Below the pieces are notes generated by a model. It ran no database searches, was not told where the DNA came from, and saw only the letters and a list, made by a program, of their open reading frames with translations. 64,000 nucleotides of DNA from Candidatus Cloacimonadota bacterium (lineage in GTDB: Bacteria > Cloacimonadota > Cloacimonadia > JGIOTU-2), in the NCBI GenBank assembly GCA_049903315.1, contig JBNGBT010000003.1, positions 170,466 to 234,465 on the forward strand, in the 5' to 3' direction. Both the position numbers and the translations under genes were made by a program. Positions 22,518 through 32,636 of the stretch are shown in pieces (position 1 is the stretch's first letter; every line of letters starts with the position of its first letter).

Positions 22518-25454
22518 TCATTTGATCAGGTCTGCTTCGCATTTGACACAGTTTTTTCCAAGTTTCTTGCCCATATAAAGAGCCTGATCTGCCTGGTTTA
22601 TAGTTTCGTCAATAGTTTTGTTTTCTTGATAAATGCTTAAACCCATTGTTATTGAAACATGAATATTCTTCCCAAGGAAATCAAATTCCTTGGATTTCAC
22701 TTTCACTCGAATCTTTTCTGCAAGGATGAGTCCTCCATCAATGTCTGTTTGTGGAAGAAGAAGGAGAAACTCTTCTCCACCCCACCTTGAAACTGTGTCC
22801 TGTTTTCTCACATTCATGCACATAATATTTGCAAGAGTTTTCAATACTTCATCCCCGGTATCATGCCCGAACCGGTCATTAATGGATTTGAAATCGTCAA
22901 TATCACAAATTATGATTGCAAAAGGTTTTTCGCTTCTTCCAAAGCGGCGTTTTTCATATTTTATCTTTTCCATGATATCCCGGCGATTTGAAAGCTGGGT
23001 AAGAGGGTCGGTTCTTGCGAGAAGTTCGAGTTTCTTATTTGCATCCTTTAATTTGTCTTCTGCAAGTTTTCTTTCTGCGATTCTGCCCAGTTGATCTGAG
23101 ACTGCATGAAGCAGATGTGATTCTTCTTTTGAAAAAGGTCCGATGAAATCTTCTGGACGCGATTCAAGGTATCCTACCTCTATTGAACCGAGCACTTTAT
23201 TGTATGAAACAATATCCTCGCTGATATGCCAATCGGTTGATTTATAATTTTCTGAAGTAAATATTTCATTATTCCAGGTTATTTTGACATAGGTGATTTC
23301 AGGATATATCCATGCTTGTGCAATGATCTCAAGACTATTTTTGAGAACCATTTCCATTGAAATTTCAGGATCTTCAACAATATCCGAAATTTTATAGAGG
23401 CAGTTCAGTTCTTTTACTCGTTCGTTGAGTTCTTGAGTTCTCTGTCGAAGTGCATCTTCAGCAAATTTCCTGCTGGTTATATCTCTTGCAACTGCCTGAA
23501 ATCCTATTATATTTCCACCTTCTAATAACAATGAGGTATTTTGTCCCAACCATGAATCTTTGCCCGTAAGTGTTACGATCTCGAATTCATGATATGTATT
23601 CATGGTTTTATCAAAGAATTGATGCTGATAAAAATGTTTTAACTTTGCCCGATTCTTTTTTGTTACAATGTCAAGGCTGCTCCTTCCAACAATCTTATCT
23701 GCAGGCATGCCAAAGAATTTTTCTCCAACTGCATTTACATATGTAATATTTCCTTTTACATCCATACGATATATGATATCATTGGCATTCTCGACGAGTT
23801 CTCTATAACGTTCTTCACTCTTTCTAAGAGCTTCCTCAGCAATTTTTCTGTCTGAGATATTTCTATAAATACCATAAACCGCAAGCTGCCCGCCCTCAAA
23901 AATAATCGGTGTACCAAGAATCGACACATCTACTGGAGTGCCGTTCTTGTGCCAGCGAACTGTGTCAAAAGCAACTGTTTCACCATGTGCGATTTTATCG
24001 GTTACGTCTTTTGCTTCATCTCTGTATTCGCCGCGTGTAAGAAGCGTGTCGATTTTTTTGTATCTTGCTTCATCGATAGTATAGCCGAAAGTCCGCGTGA
24101 ATTGCGCGTTCATCCTGAGAATACGGCTTTCGTTATCAATGAGCACGATTGCTTCCGGGGCGTTTTCAAAAAGCTGTTCAAAATATGCGCGCTCGATCCG
24201 TTGGGCATCCTCTGCCCGTTTGTGTGAAATGGCTATTGCAAGCTGTTCAGAAACGAATTCCAAAATTTCAAGATCATCCTTTGTATACAGGTTTTCATCT
24301 TCATAACTTTGAACAGCTACGACACCAATAACTTGTTTCTCTATCCTTAAAGGAACCCCAAGCCATATTTTTGATGGAGATCCCACACTCTCGATCAAGC
24401 CCTTTTTTGTCATTTTTATATTGAGTTTCTCATCAACGAGAAGTGGTTTATTATGTTTGATCACATAGCCAGTGAGAGTTTTTCCAGCCGGGAAAGAGGT
24501 GAATTTATCTTCTTCGTCAATAATGTAGGGAAGAGAGATGGTGTCACTTGCTTTATCATATAGTGCGACATAGAAATTTGTTGTATCAATTATTTCGCCC
24601 AAATGTTTCTGTATAGATTGAAAAAGCTCTTGGATACTCTCTGTAGCATTCACTGCATTTGAGATGTTATAAAGTGCATTCTGAATGCGTTGTGCCTTAT
24701 CTATTATTGTGATGTCCCTGAATGCAAGTACCAATCCCGCTGTCTCTCCGGTCGTTTTAACAGTTGGGGAGATGCTTCCTTCAATTATTTTTTCCGATTC
24801 ATTTCTGGTGATAAGAGTAGAAGAAGGTATTTTTGTTAATTTTTTGATATGTGAAGGATTATCTATGAGTTTGCATGTTTCTTTAGTTGTGTCGATACAT
24901 GTTATTCGAAAAACTGAATTCAGGGGCTGCCCTTTCACCTCTTCAGACCATCCGGTAATCACTTTTGCTATATCGTTGATATACAGGATATTCCCTTTTT
25001 TGTCAGTTGTGATAATGCCGTCACTAATACTCTGGAGCGTGGTTTGAAGAAGCCGTTCATTCTCCCGGATTTTCTGTTCAAGAGCGTACCGTTCAAGTGC
25101 TATTTCGATGCCAGCTAAAAGTTCTTTTTTCTGAAAGGGTTTTATTATATATCCATATGGAGCAGTTTCTTTTGCGCGCTTGAGGGTTTCGTTATCAGAG
25201 TAGGATGTTGCAAAGATTATCGGCACTTTTATTTCATCTAAAATTTTAGCTGCTGTTTGAATGCCGTTAATATCGCCCCCCAGAACAATGTCCATCAAAA
25301 TCACGTCAGGTTTTTTTTCGGTAGCTTCAATGAGTGCTTTTTCTCCCGAAGTGCATATGCCCACGACATTATAATCTAATCCTCTCAACATAGCTTCAGT
25401 ATTTTTAGCGACAATTATCTCATCTTCCACTATGAGAACATTAGTTTTTGTCAT
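22518..25454 (-). CDS. Diguanylate cyclase (REC-PAS-GAF-PAS-PAS-GAF-like-GGDEF)
   Basis: REC (LIVEDE, DVILMDI, KPF), PAS and GAF domains, DPLTQLSNRR, DIDDFKSINDRFGHDTGD, I-site RKQD and active site GGEEF. Alternative GTG start at 25460. Confidence 0.93.
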   Translation of the reverse strand: MTKTNVLIVEDEIIVAKNTEAMLRGLDYNVVGICTSGEKALIEATEKKPDVILMDIVLGGDINGIQTAAKILDEIKVPIIFATSYSDNETLKRAKETAPYGYIIKPFQKKELLAGIEIALERYALEQKIRENERLLQTTLQSISDGIITTDKKGNILYINDIAKVITGWSEEVKGQPLNSVFRITCIDTTKETCKLIDNPSHIKKLTKIPSSTLITRNESEKIIEGSISPTVKTTGETAGLVLAFRDITIIDKAQRIQNALYNISNAVNATESIQELFQSIQKHLGEIIDTTNFYVALYDKASDTISLPYIIDEEDKFTSFPAGKTLTGYVIKHNKPLLVDEKLNIKMTKKGLIESVGSPSKIWLGVPLRIEKQVIGVVAVQSYEDENLYTKDDLEILEFVSEQLAIAISHKRAEDAQRIERAYFEQLFENAPEAIVLIDNESRILRMNAQFTRTFGYTIDEARYKKIDTLLTRGEYRDEAKDVTDKIAHGETVAFDTVRWHKNGTPVDVSILGTPIIFEGGQLAVYGIYRNISDRKIAEEALRKSEERYRELVENANDIIYRMDVKGNITYVNAVGEKFFGMPADKIVGRSSLDIVTKKNRAKLKHFYQHQFFDKTMNTYHEFEIVTLTGKDSWLGQNTSLLLEGGNIIGFQAVARDITSRKFAEDALRQRTQELNERVKELNCLYKISDIVEDPEISMEMVLKNSLEIIAQAWIYPEITYVKITWNNEIFTSENYKSTDWHISEDIVSYNKVLGSIEVGYLESRPEDFIGPFSKEESHLLHAVSDQLGRIAERKLAEDKLKDANKKLELLARTDPLTQLSNRRDIMEKIKYEKRRFGRSEKPFAIIICDIDDFKSINDRFGHDTGDEVLKTLANIMCMNVRKQDTVSRWGGEEFLLLLPQTDIDGGLILAEKIRVKVKSKEFDFLGKNIHVSITMGLSIYQENKTIDETINQADQALYMGKKLGKNCVKCEADLIK

Positions 25455-25498
25455 GTGCACTCTTTTCTAATTATTATCTGATATTAAAGCAGATTATG

Positions 25499-26764
25499 TT
25501 ATTTCAGTAACATCACATAGATGATACCAAAGTACTGGTCTGGTGAAAAAACAGGTTCCAAAATGAATATTGCACTGTCTCCTTCGAGAAGATTTTTTTC
25601 AAAAACAGCAGATTCCTTATTCTCTACTGCACTGATAAATTTTTGATATTGTTCATTTATGCCGTCGCGCGTCTCACGATAATTATAATTTAAAAGTGAA
25701 TGCTCAGACGGGAAGCCAAATCGGCTTGTTGCGGATGTATCCGTCCATTGGATACTGTAGATGTATGGATACGTCGTGTAAAAATTCTCAAAGCACTTTT
25801 TGATGCTTTCTTCATCATTCTCAGAAAGGGCTGTGAGTAATTCGTTCCGCAGGACGAAATCCTTTAGATTCTTCTGGATATATTTTATGGATTCTTTTGA
25901 TTCTTTTGGTGCTTCTGCACCGGATAAAACCGAAGTAAGCACCAGTTTCCATTGAATATCATACAAGCCGACAGTTTCCCAGAAGCACTGTTTTTCTACG
26001 GGTTCGGTCATAGTGTCGGAAAGGAATGTATATGAACCAAAACCAGTTTTATTATCAATAATTTCTTGTCCGAGTATGCGAAGATTTTCATAGGGTTTAT
26101 ACATCTCATCTGTAAAAAGATTTCTTCCGATCTCTTCTTCATTGCGATCGTAGAGGATAATGCCGTCCTTTTGCATAACCCAGATGTTCACAGGGACACC
26201 TTTGATGATAGGTTTGATTATGTCGGGGAACATGTGCTCAGGGCGTATCAGCATACTGAGTGAACCAATGAAGGTGTTATCTTTAGAGAAAATTGGATAT
26301 TGGATATCAACTGCCTGAAATCCCTCGACAGCCAGGAAGGCATTACTCATCACAGGCATATGCGTTTGGTGTATTTTTTGCACCTGTGCCTGATCCTTGA
26401 TATCATGCCCTTCAAATGACCTGAATTCCTCCGGTTCGACCACGATCATGATGCCGTTTGTGTCTACAATACAGCAATCAAAAATAAAAGAATGGCGTGC
26501 AGGAAGCCCTTTTAAAATATTTCGAACTGAATCACTTGTCAGATCGTATTGAGAGATTTGATTGGCTGCATGAGAAAAATCTTTATCGGCATGCGTCAAT
26601 TCGGATTGCACACTCTCTGTTACTTTTCTCAGCACGATAGAGCGAGCTTTTTCTGAGGGTGACATCACTTGCCGCGGACGAAGGACTTGTTTTAAAATTA
26701 CTACTGATACCACGATTACAGCAAGTACAATAATAAAGGGGAGTATTTTTTTCAAATTAATCAC
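25499..26764 (-). CDS. N-terminally anchored extracytoplasmic Cache/PDC-domain protein with no output domain
   Basis: Single N-terminal TM; dCache-like segment (PVMSNAFLAVEG..DIQYPIF, WVMQKDGIILYD..EIGRNLF) followed by a further PDC-like segment. Confidence 0.65.
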   Translation of the reverse strand: MINLKKILPFIIVLAVIVVSVVILKQVLRPRQVMSPSEKARSIVLRKVTESVQSELTHADKDFSHAANQISQYDLTSDSVRNILKGLPARHSFIFDCCIVDTNGIMIVVEPEEFRSFEGHDIKDQAQVQKIHQTHMPVMSNAFLAVEGFQAVDIQYPIFSKDNTFIGSLSMLIRPEHMFPDIIKPIIKGVPVNIWVMQKDGIILYDRNEEEIGRNLFTDEMYKPYENLRILGQEIIDNKTGFGSYTFLSDTMTEPVEKQCFWETVGLYDIQWKLVLTSVLSGAEAPKESKESIKYIQKNLKDFVLRNELLTALSENDEESIKKCFENFYTTYPYIYSIQWTDTSATSRFGFPSEHSLLNYNYRETRDGINEQYQKFISAVENKESAVFEKNLLEGDSAIFILEPVFSPDQYFGIIYVMLLK

Positions 26765-27652
26765 TTATTTAGGAGGATAGTAGCCGCAGCCAACGACAAG
26801 GATTTCTCCATCAACAAGTGCTTTTTTCACAAATACACGTTTCAGGGAAGGTTCTTCCTGTCCGGGTTTGGGCCACATATATTCATTCCAGCACTGATCT
26901 CTGTTCTTGATGATTTCAAGTTCTTTTTTTACAAAAAGCTGTCCATCAGCATCTTTAAGTTCCATAATGTTTGTGCCTTCAAGTTCGGGAAATGCAGCAT
27001 TGAAGAGTTCGTTTCCTTTCATATCCTTAATAAAAATATAGCAATTTATGAATCTGTAGGGTCCTGAAACAGCTCTTAGCTCGTCAAAAGCATCTTTGCC
27101 CTTTTTTGTAAGGAGTTTAGCTGCCTGATCTACATTATATATCACAAAAACTTTATCAACCGGCATTTCATATAAGCCGCTGCCCACGAGATATGCTTTG
27201 CCGGAGGGTGTGACTGCCTTTTTCAAAAAGGTGCTTTTCCAGATAGGAACTTCGCTGTCTGGTTTGGGCCACTCGTAATGAACCCATCCCTCACCTGTTT
27301 CACCGGATACTGCTTCCACAAATAATGTTCCTATCGGTTTTCCGTTGATGTCTTTGAGGTCAAGCATGTTCTTTCCTTCACCGGATATGTCCGGAGGATA
27401 TACATAGCGCATACCGTCCAGCCCCCACACGAAGATATACAGATCGTCATGATACCATTCGCTGCCCTCTATTCTGAACTGTGGGAATGCTTCCTCCCCA
27501 TATTCTCCTATCAGGTCAACAGCTCTATTCACAAAGGATACGAGATCTTTTGTCTTGTTATAGTCATATTGAGGTGTGGTGCTTGTACATGCAAATAACA
27601 AAATAAAAGAAATGCAGAGAATGAAAGAAAGAAAATACGTAATCTTTTTCAT
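26765..27652 (-). CDS. Stand-alone tandem Cache-domain lipoprotein
   Basis: Lipobox LLFAC; two repeats of YIF..D..G...GxNxxxLKDxxG...W..YxWPKP...VGxGxY. No TM or output domain. Confidence 0.8.
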   Translation of the reverse strand: MKKITYFLSFILCISFILLFACTSTTPQYDYNKTKDLVSFVNRAVDLIGEYGEEAFPQFRIEGSEWYHDDLYIFVWGLDGMRYVYPPDISGEGKNMLDLKDINGKPIGTLFVEAVSGETGEGWVHYEWPKPDSEVPIWKSTFLKKAVTPSGKAYLVGSGLYEMPVDKVFVIYNVDQAAKLLTKKGKDAFDELRAVSGPYRFINCYIFIKDMKGNELFNAAFPELEGTNIMELKDADGQLFVKKELEIIKNRDQCWNEYMWPKPGQEEPSLKRVFVKKALVDGEILVVGCGYYPPK

Positions 27653-27789
27653 ATGCACTCCATAGTATGTAGTTTTTGCACACAGTCTGATTAGGAAAAT
27701 ATGTCAAGAATTTTAGATATAATACCACATACTAATCGAGGATATCACTTTTTAAATGATTAATCTGCTAATACTCTTTTAACACCTAA

Positions 27790-28911
27790 TTACTTTTGAG
27801 GAGTAATGTCTTCAATATCTTGTTTTTTAGGGGAGTCAAGCGATATGTGAATAATATTATTGCCAATGTCTGAAAAATCTATCTTATCAAGGTATAAAGA
27901 GCGTACTCGTCTGTTATGTTGTGTGTGATAATTAAGCACATGATCAGTAAGATCCCATGCCGTAGTCCAAATCGTAGAACTCCGCATACCTTCCATGTCG
28001 CTCGAAGTATCGAAGCCCTCAGCAGCGCCAAGAGGTAAATTAAAGTTATCAAGAATTCTAAATACTTCATACACAGTTTCTGCTGAAGTCGGAGTAGGTC
28101 TGGAAGTTCCTGTCCAGGCAACTGCACGAACAAATCGCGAAGGAGGAGTATTATCGCCGGGCAACCCGAGCATTCCGCTGCCTGCGCCCATAGGTGCGAA
28201 GTCAAGTCCATCGATTTTTTTATCTGGATATGGGGCAGCAGAAAGATTTATATAATTTCGTAAATTGGTCATATGCCAATCGTAAGTAGGTCCGTTTGTA
28301 ATAACTCCTAAGGGATTATCGAAGATTTTCATCTCACCATTAGCGAACTCAATAACAATGGAATTACCTTCTGAGTCGGTCACCATCCAATGAGCATAAA
28401 CAGGGATCCCGATTTCTTCTTGTACAACAGGGACAACCCGCACTGTTCTCATGCCTTCTCTCACTTCTGCAATAGTTGAAAACTGCGAAAGTATATAATT
28501 TGTCACATCAAGTGCTGTGATACTGATGTCTGCTTTATCATTTTCATAGCTTGGGTAGCATGCAAATCCTACATGATAGAACAGCCCGGCAGCCAATCCT
28601 CTCTCGTTCATGCCGTCAGCAATGAAATCCTGACCAAGCATATCGAGACCGACAACACCATATTTTGCTTTCCATTTCTTGCCGTTCTCGCCATCCGGAG
28701 TCAAGCCCGTGAAAGAATATCCGCGAGGAATAATGGTAACCCGGGATTGCAGGTCAAATTTTCCCCATTCCATTGTGCGACCGTACACAACACCATTGTC
28801 CGTTGCGATCAATCTGATTCCTGTACACGCATAAACGGAATGAGTGAGGGTTCCAAATACAAGCAGCAATCCTATGAAAATAGGGATGAGCGTTTTTTTA
28901 TTCAGTTTCAT
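27790..28911 (-). CDS. Choloylglycine hydrolase / penicillin V acylase family Ntn hydrolase (exported)
   Basis: Signal peptide ending VYA|CTG (nucleophilic Cys1); GRTME, DGMNERGL, GVITN, LPGDNTPPSRFVRA. Confidence 0.9.
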   Translation of the reverse strand: MKLNKKTLIPIFIGLLLVFGTLTHSVYACTGIRLIATDNGVVYGRTMEWGKFDLQSRVTIIPRGYSFTGLTPDGENGKKWKAKYGVVGLDMLGQDFIADGMNERGLAAGLFYHVGFACYPSYENDKADISITALDVTNYILSQFSTIAEVREGMRTVRVVPVVQEEIGIPVYAHWMVTDSEGNSIVIEFANGEMKIFDNPLGVITNGPTYDWHMTNLRNYINLSAAPYPDKKIDGLDFAPMGAGSGMLGLPGDNTPPSRFVRAVAWTGTSRPTPTSAETVYEVFRILDNFNLPLGAAEGFDTSSDMEGMRSSTIWTTAWDLTDHVLNYHTQHNRRVRSLYLDKIDFSDIGNNIIHISLDSPKKQDIEDITPQK

Positions 28912-29082
28912 TTTTTATCTCCTTCTATTTTGAATTAGTGTGATGAACCAGGATATTTCCGAATTGTTCGTTATTTTCATTTATTGTAAAAAGGAAATTC
29001 TATCCCGTATGTGTCAAATATTTCCCTTTTTATATCTAAGCAATTGAGAGTGATAAATTAGCTATGTCTGGGATGCGCTCAT

Positions 29083-30711
29083 TTACCCACGCTTTCCATA
29101 CGCCTGTTTCTTGTTTTTACCCTCTTTTTTTTTCTTCGCATGAGTGATCAGAGGTTTTTTATCTCTTCCTCTGAAATTCATTATGATCTTCTCTGCTTTA
29201 TCAAAGGGAACGGTTATAAATGAGAAGTTGTCCATAACCTGCACATCTCTGATATCTTTGCCCTTGATGGAGACTTTACTCGTCACAAGATCGACAAGTT
29301 TTCTCGCATCCAACCTATCTTTTTTGCCCAATGCGACAAAAAGCCGTGCTTTACCCTGCCCATCAAGCTGCCTTCCTTTGCCGCTGACCTCTTCTATCTC
29401 ATTATACGCATCAGGATTGAGTTCTTCTTCAAAAGAATAATGGAGTAATGCTGCCAGTATTTCAGTCTGATTATGATCTCCAAGCAATTCCTTTGCCCAT
29501 GCATAAAATTTTGTGTCGACCTTTTGCTCAAGGACAGATTTCAGATCTTCATCGATCTTGTTCTTCTTCGCAGCGATAATATCTTTCACGACAGGAACTT
29601 TTGATTTTTTAATATCAGTCTTTGCTGCTTTTTGTATGAACATCATGCGCTTATATTCGCTGGGAGTAATAAAGGTTATAGCCGTGCCCTCATTCCCCGC
29701 TCTTCCTGTGCGTCCTATCCGGTGAACATAGGAGTCCGGATCCTCGGGGAGAGAATAATTTATCACATGTGAAAGGTTGACCACATCGATTCCACGTGCT
29801 GCCACATCTGTTGCAACAAGGATATTGGCTTTTTGCTTCTTGAATTTTTCCAGAGTTTTTTCTCGTTGAGCTTGCGTGATATCTCCATGAATTGCTTCTA
29901 CATCATACCCTCTATCATTGAGATGGGCTGCAAGATTATTCACATCATTCTTTGTTCGGCAGAAGATCAGCCCGTAAAAACCGTCTTCGATGTCGATTAT
30001 CCTGCAGAGAGCTTCAAATTTATCTGATGCTTTTACCTCGAAGTATATCTGCTCTGTCAGGGCATTTATCAATTGCTCTTTTTTCACCGTAAGAAACTCA
30101 TAACCTTTCATGTATTTGTGAGCAAGGTCCTTTATTCTTTTTGGAATCGTTGCAGAAAACAGGAGCGTTCTTTTGTTGGGATTTGTATGCTTCATGATCT
30201 CTTCCATATCGTCGACGAATCCCATGTTGAGCATTTCATCTGCTTCATCAAGGATCAGGTGCTCGATTTCTCCGATCTTCAGCGTTTTTCTGTTAAGATG
30301 ATCGATGATTCTGCCAGGAGTTCCTACGACTATATGCACACCCTTTTTCAGTCTGCGCAGTTGCTGATCAATTGATTGGCCGCCGTAAATCGGCACTATT
30401 ATGAGATTCTTGTCACCCTTGAGCGAATTAATCTCTTCCGCTACCTGAATAGCAAGTTCCCGAGTTGGAGTCAGAATGAGTGCCTGGACTGTATTCGAAT
30501 CCTGGTTGATCATTTCTATCAACGGCAATCCGAAAGCCGCTGTTTTGCCGGTGCCTGTTTGTGCTTGAGCGATGATGTTCGTGTCATCTCTAAGCATGAT
30601 GGGAATCGTTATGATCTGAATTGCAGTTGGTTCCTCAAATCCCTTTTTATTTATTGCCTCGAGCACTTTTGCCGAAAGCCCGAGATCGCTGAATGATTTT
30701 TTGTTTTCCAT
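29083..30711 (-). CDS. DEAD-box RNA helicase with DbpA-type RNA-binding domain (DeaD/CshA-like)
   Basis: AQTGTGKT, PTRELA, DEAD, SAT, ARGID, HRIGRTGRAG. Start placed at MENKK (30711). Confidence 0.93.
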   Translation of the reverse strand: MENKKSFSDLGLSAKVLEAINKKGFEEPTAIQIITIPIMLRDDTNIIAQAQTGTGKTAAFGLPLIEMINQDSNTVQALILTPTRELAIQVAEEINSLKGDKNLIIVPIYGGQSIDQQLRRLKKGVHIVVGTPGRIIDHLNRKTLKIGEIEHLILDEADEMLNMGFVDDMEEIMKHTNPNKRTLLFSATIPKRIKDLAHKYMKGYEFLTVKKEQLINALTEQIYFEVKASDKFEALCRIIDIEDGFYGLIFCRTKNDVNNLAAHLNDRGYDVEAIHGDITQAQREKTLEKFKKQKANILVATDVAARGIDVVNLSHVINYSLPEDPDSYVHRIGRTGRAGNEGTAITFITPSEYKRMMFIQKAAKTDIKKSKVPVVKDIIAAKKNKIDEDLKSVLEQKVDTKFYAWAKELLGDHNQTEILAALLHYSFEEELNPDAYNEIEEVSGKGRQLDGQGKARLFVALGKKDRLDARKLVDLVTSKVSIKGKDIRDVQVMDNFSFITVPFDKAEKIIMNFRGRDKKPLITHAKKKKEGKNKKQAYGKRG

Positions 30712-30997
30712 ATATTTCTCTTTTTTATTTAAAGCAGTATGATTGATTATTTCCCATTGTATTTTTTTAATATGTCCATGGTTGATGGTGTTCACCAGCA
30801 TAGGATAGGGGATACCGCTATTTATGAACCATAATTTATGTGCCTATTTTCTTAGGCAATTAATATCTTGTTTAATTTGTGAACGCTACAGTAATTGTAC
30901 TCATTTACTAATGCATTTTGATATGATCAATTAATCAATATTTTCTCGTGCTTGTCACAAGCTCTTTAACGTATGACAAGAGTTTTCACATTTATCT

Positions 30998-31609
30998 TTA
31001 CTCTTTCAAGCTCTCGACAAGTAGCCGAATTACAACCATTCCGGGATCGTCTACCCCAATCGTTTTATTGCCGAATATCCGTGCCCTGCCCTGTTTGCAC
31101 GGCAATTCTCTAAAATGATCTAAGGTTTGAGTAGCAGCTTTGTCTACTGTTTCCAATAGTGTATGTTTATTATCAGCATCTTTAAGTGCATCACGAATTC
31201 CTGCTAGTTCATCGAGGACTGTCTTATCGCCCAATTTGCTTTTTCCTCTTAAAGCCATTTTTTCAATCACAACATCAAGGATATGTGGCAATCTTTCCCA
31301 TGGAACTTCTGACATATTTTTTGTTTCTTTAGCAGCAGCCATGAGTCCCGTTGCGAAAAGTGTGGCAAAAGATGAAGCACGGGTACTTGTAAACGCCTGT
31401 GCACACATCATGAATGACATGCCCACATCATCAGGAAATTCAGGAGTTTTAGTCATTATTGCACTAAAGCCATTTTTCATAGTGATGCCTATGTCCCCGT
31501 CACCGATAAAATTATCACGCTTGTTCAATTCATCAGCAGATTTTTCCATCTTATCTGCCATTAATTTGATTGCTGTTATTATGGTCTTTGTAGTGAATCC
31601 ACTACTCAT
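30998..31609 (-). CDS. dhaL: Dihydroxyacetone kinase family subunit L (DAK2)
   Basis: DNFIGDGDIG, GDKTVLD, GRAR, DPG motifs; overlaps the dhaK stop. Confidence 0.85.
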   Translation of the reverse strand: MSSGFTTKTIITAIKLMADKMEKSADELNKRDNFIGDGDIGITMKNGFSAIMTKTPEFPDDVGMSFMMCAQAFTSTRASSFATLFATGLMAAAKETKNMSEVPWERLPHILDVVIEKMALRGKSKLGDKTVLDELAGIRDALKDADNKHTLLETVDKAATQTLDHFRELPCKQGRARIFGNKTIGVDDPGMVVIRLLVESLKE

Positions 31610-32612
31610 AACATCCGACTTTCCAGAAAGCACAATCACATGGTGCTTTGAGAAGAAGCTCAAGCTCTTCATCCAGAAGACAGATCGTGAGTGTCATGCC
31701 TGCCATTTCCATCGACGTTGCATAGCGTCCAACTAAAGGCATGACAATTTCAACACCAATATCATCGAATTTCGATTTTATATATCTATAAGCTATGTAT
31801 AATTCTTCTAGAGGTGTTGCCCCGAGACTGTTTACCAGCACAGAAATCCGATTTCCCTTTTTTAATGGCATATCAGCAAGAATAAGTTCTAACATTTCTT
31901 GAGCAATCTCGTCCGCTTTTTTCAATGTTCCGCGCCATACACCAGGCTCGCCATGAATCCCCATACCCATTTCCATTTCATCCTCTCCGATCTCAAATCC
32001 GGGTTTTCCTGCCTGTGGTACAATGCACGGCGTTAAAGCCATTCCAATTGAGCGGCAAGCATCAGCAGCTTTCTGCGCCACTCTGGTTACTTCAGTAAGG
32101 CCGGCTTTCTCATCGGCTTTTGCACCCGCGATCTTGAACGCATAGACTAAACCGCCAGTTCCACGTCGTTTTTCTTTTTCCTCGGGAGGAGCACTTGCAA
32201 CATCATCAGCCAGTGTCACTGTCGTTGACTCAAAGCCTTCCATCTCAAGCATTTCACCAGCCATGTCGAAATTCATGACATCGCCGCCGTAATTGCCATA
32301 GAGACGCAAAACACCTACACCGCTGTTTGCCTGACGCATGGTTTCTGCGATTTGTTCTGAAGTAGGGGAACAAAATACATCTCCGATCGCTGCAGCATCA
32401 AGGAGTCCTTTGCCGACATAGCCGGTAAAGATAGGAAGATGTCCCGAACCGCCACCTGTAACGATGCCGACTTTTCCTTTTATTGGTGCTTCAGGTCGAA
32501 CAATGACACGTCCTTGTGGACCAGTCTGCTTGTAATATTCAGGATGTGCAGCACATAATCCCTCGAGCATTTCGGCAACATAATTTTCAGGATCGTTTAA
32601 AATCTTTTTCAT
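31602..32612 (-). CDS. dhaK: Dihydroxyacetone kinase family subunit K (DAK1)
   Basis: GGGSGHLP, NYGGDVMNF, DDVASAP, RRG, GMGIHGEPG, TSMEMAG. Confidence 0.9.
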   Translation of the reverse strand: MKKILNDPENYVAEMLEGLCAAHPEYYKQTGPQGRVIVRPEAPIKGKVGIVTGGGSGHLPIFTGYVGKGLLDAAAIGDVFCSPTSEQIAETMRQANSGVGVLRLYGNYGGDVMNFDMAGEMLEMEGFESTTVTLADDVASAPPEEKEKRRGTGGLVYAFKIAGAKADEKAGLTEVTRVAQKAADACRSIGMALTPCIVPQAGKPGFEIGEDEMEMGMGIHGEPGVWRGTLKKADEIAQEMLELILADMPLKKGNRISVLVNSLGATPLEELYIAYRYIKSKFDDIGVEIVMPLVGRYATSMEMAGMTLTICLLDEELELLLKAPCDCAFWKVGCYE

Positions 32613-32636
32613 CAATATGCCCCTTGTATATAGGTG

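Noticed and set aside
27790-28911. Ntn hydrolase as part of the Cache signalling operon (for example quorum quenching)
   Set aside because: A separate TTGACA lies between it and the operon, and its substrate cannot be inferred from sequence.
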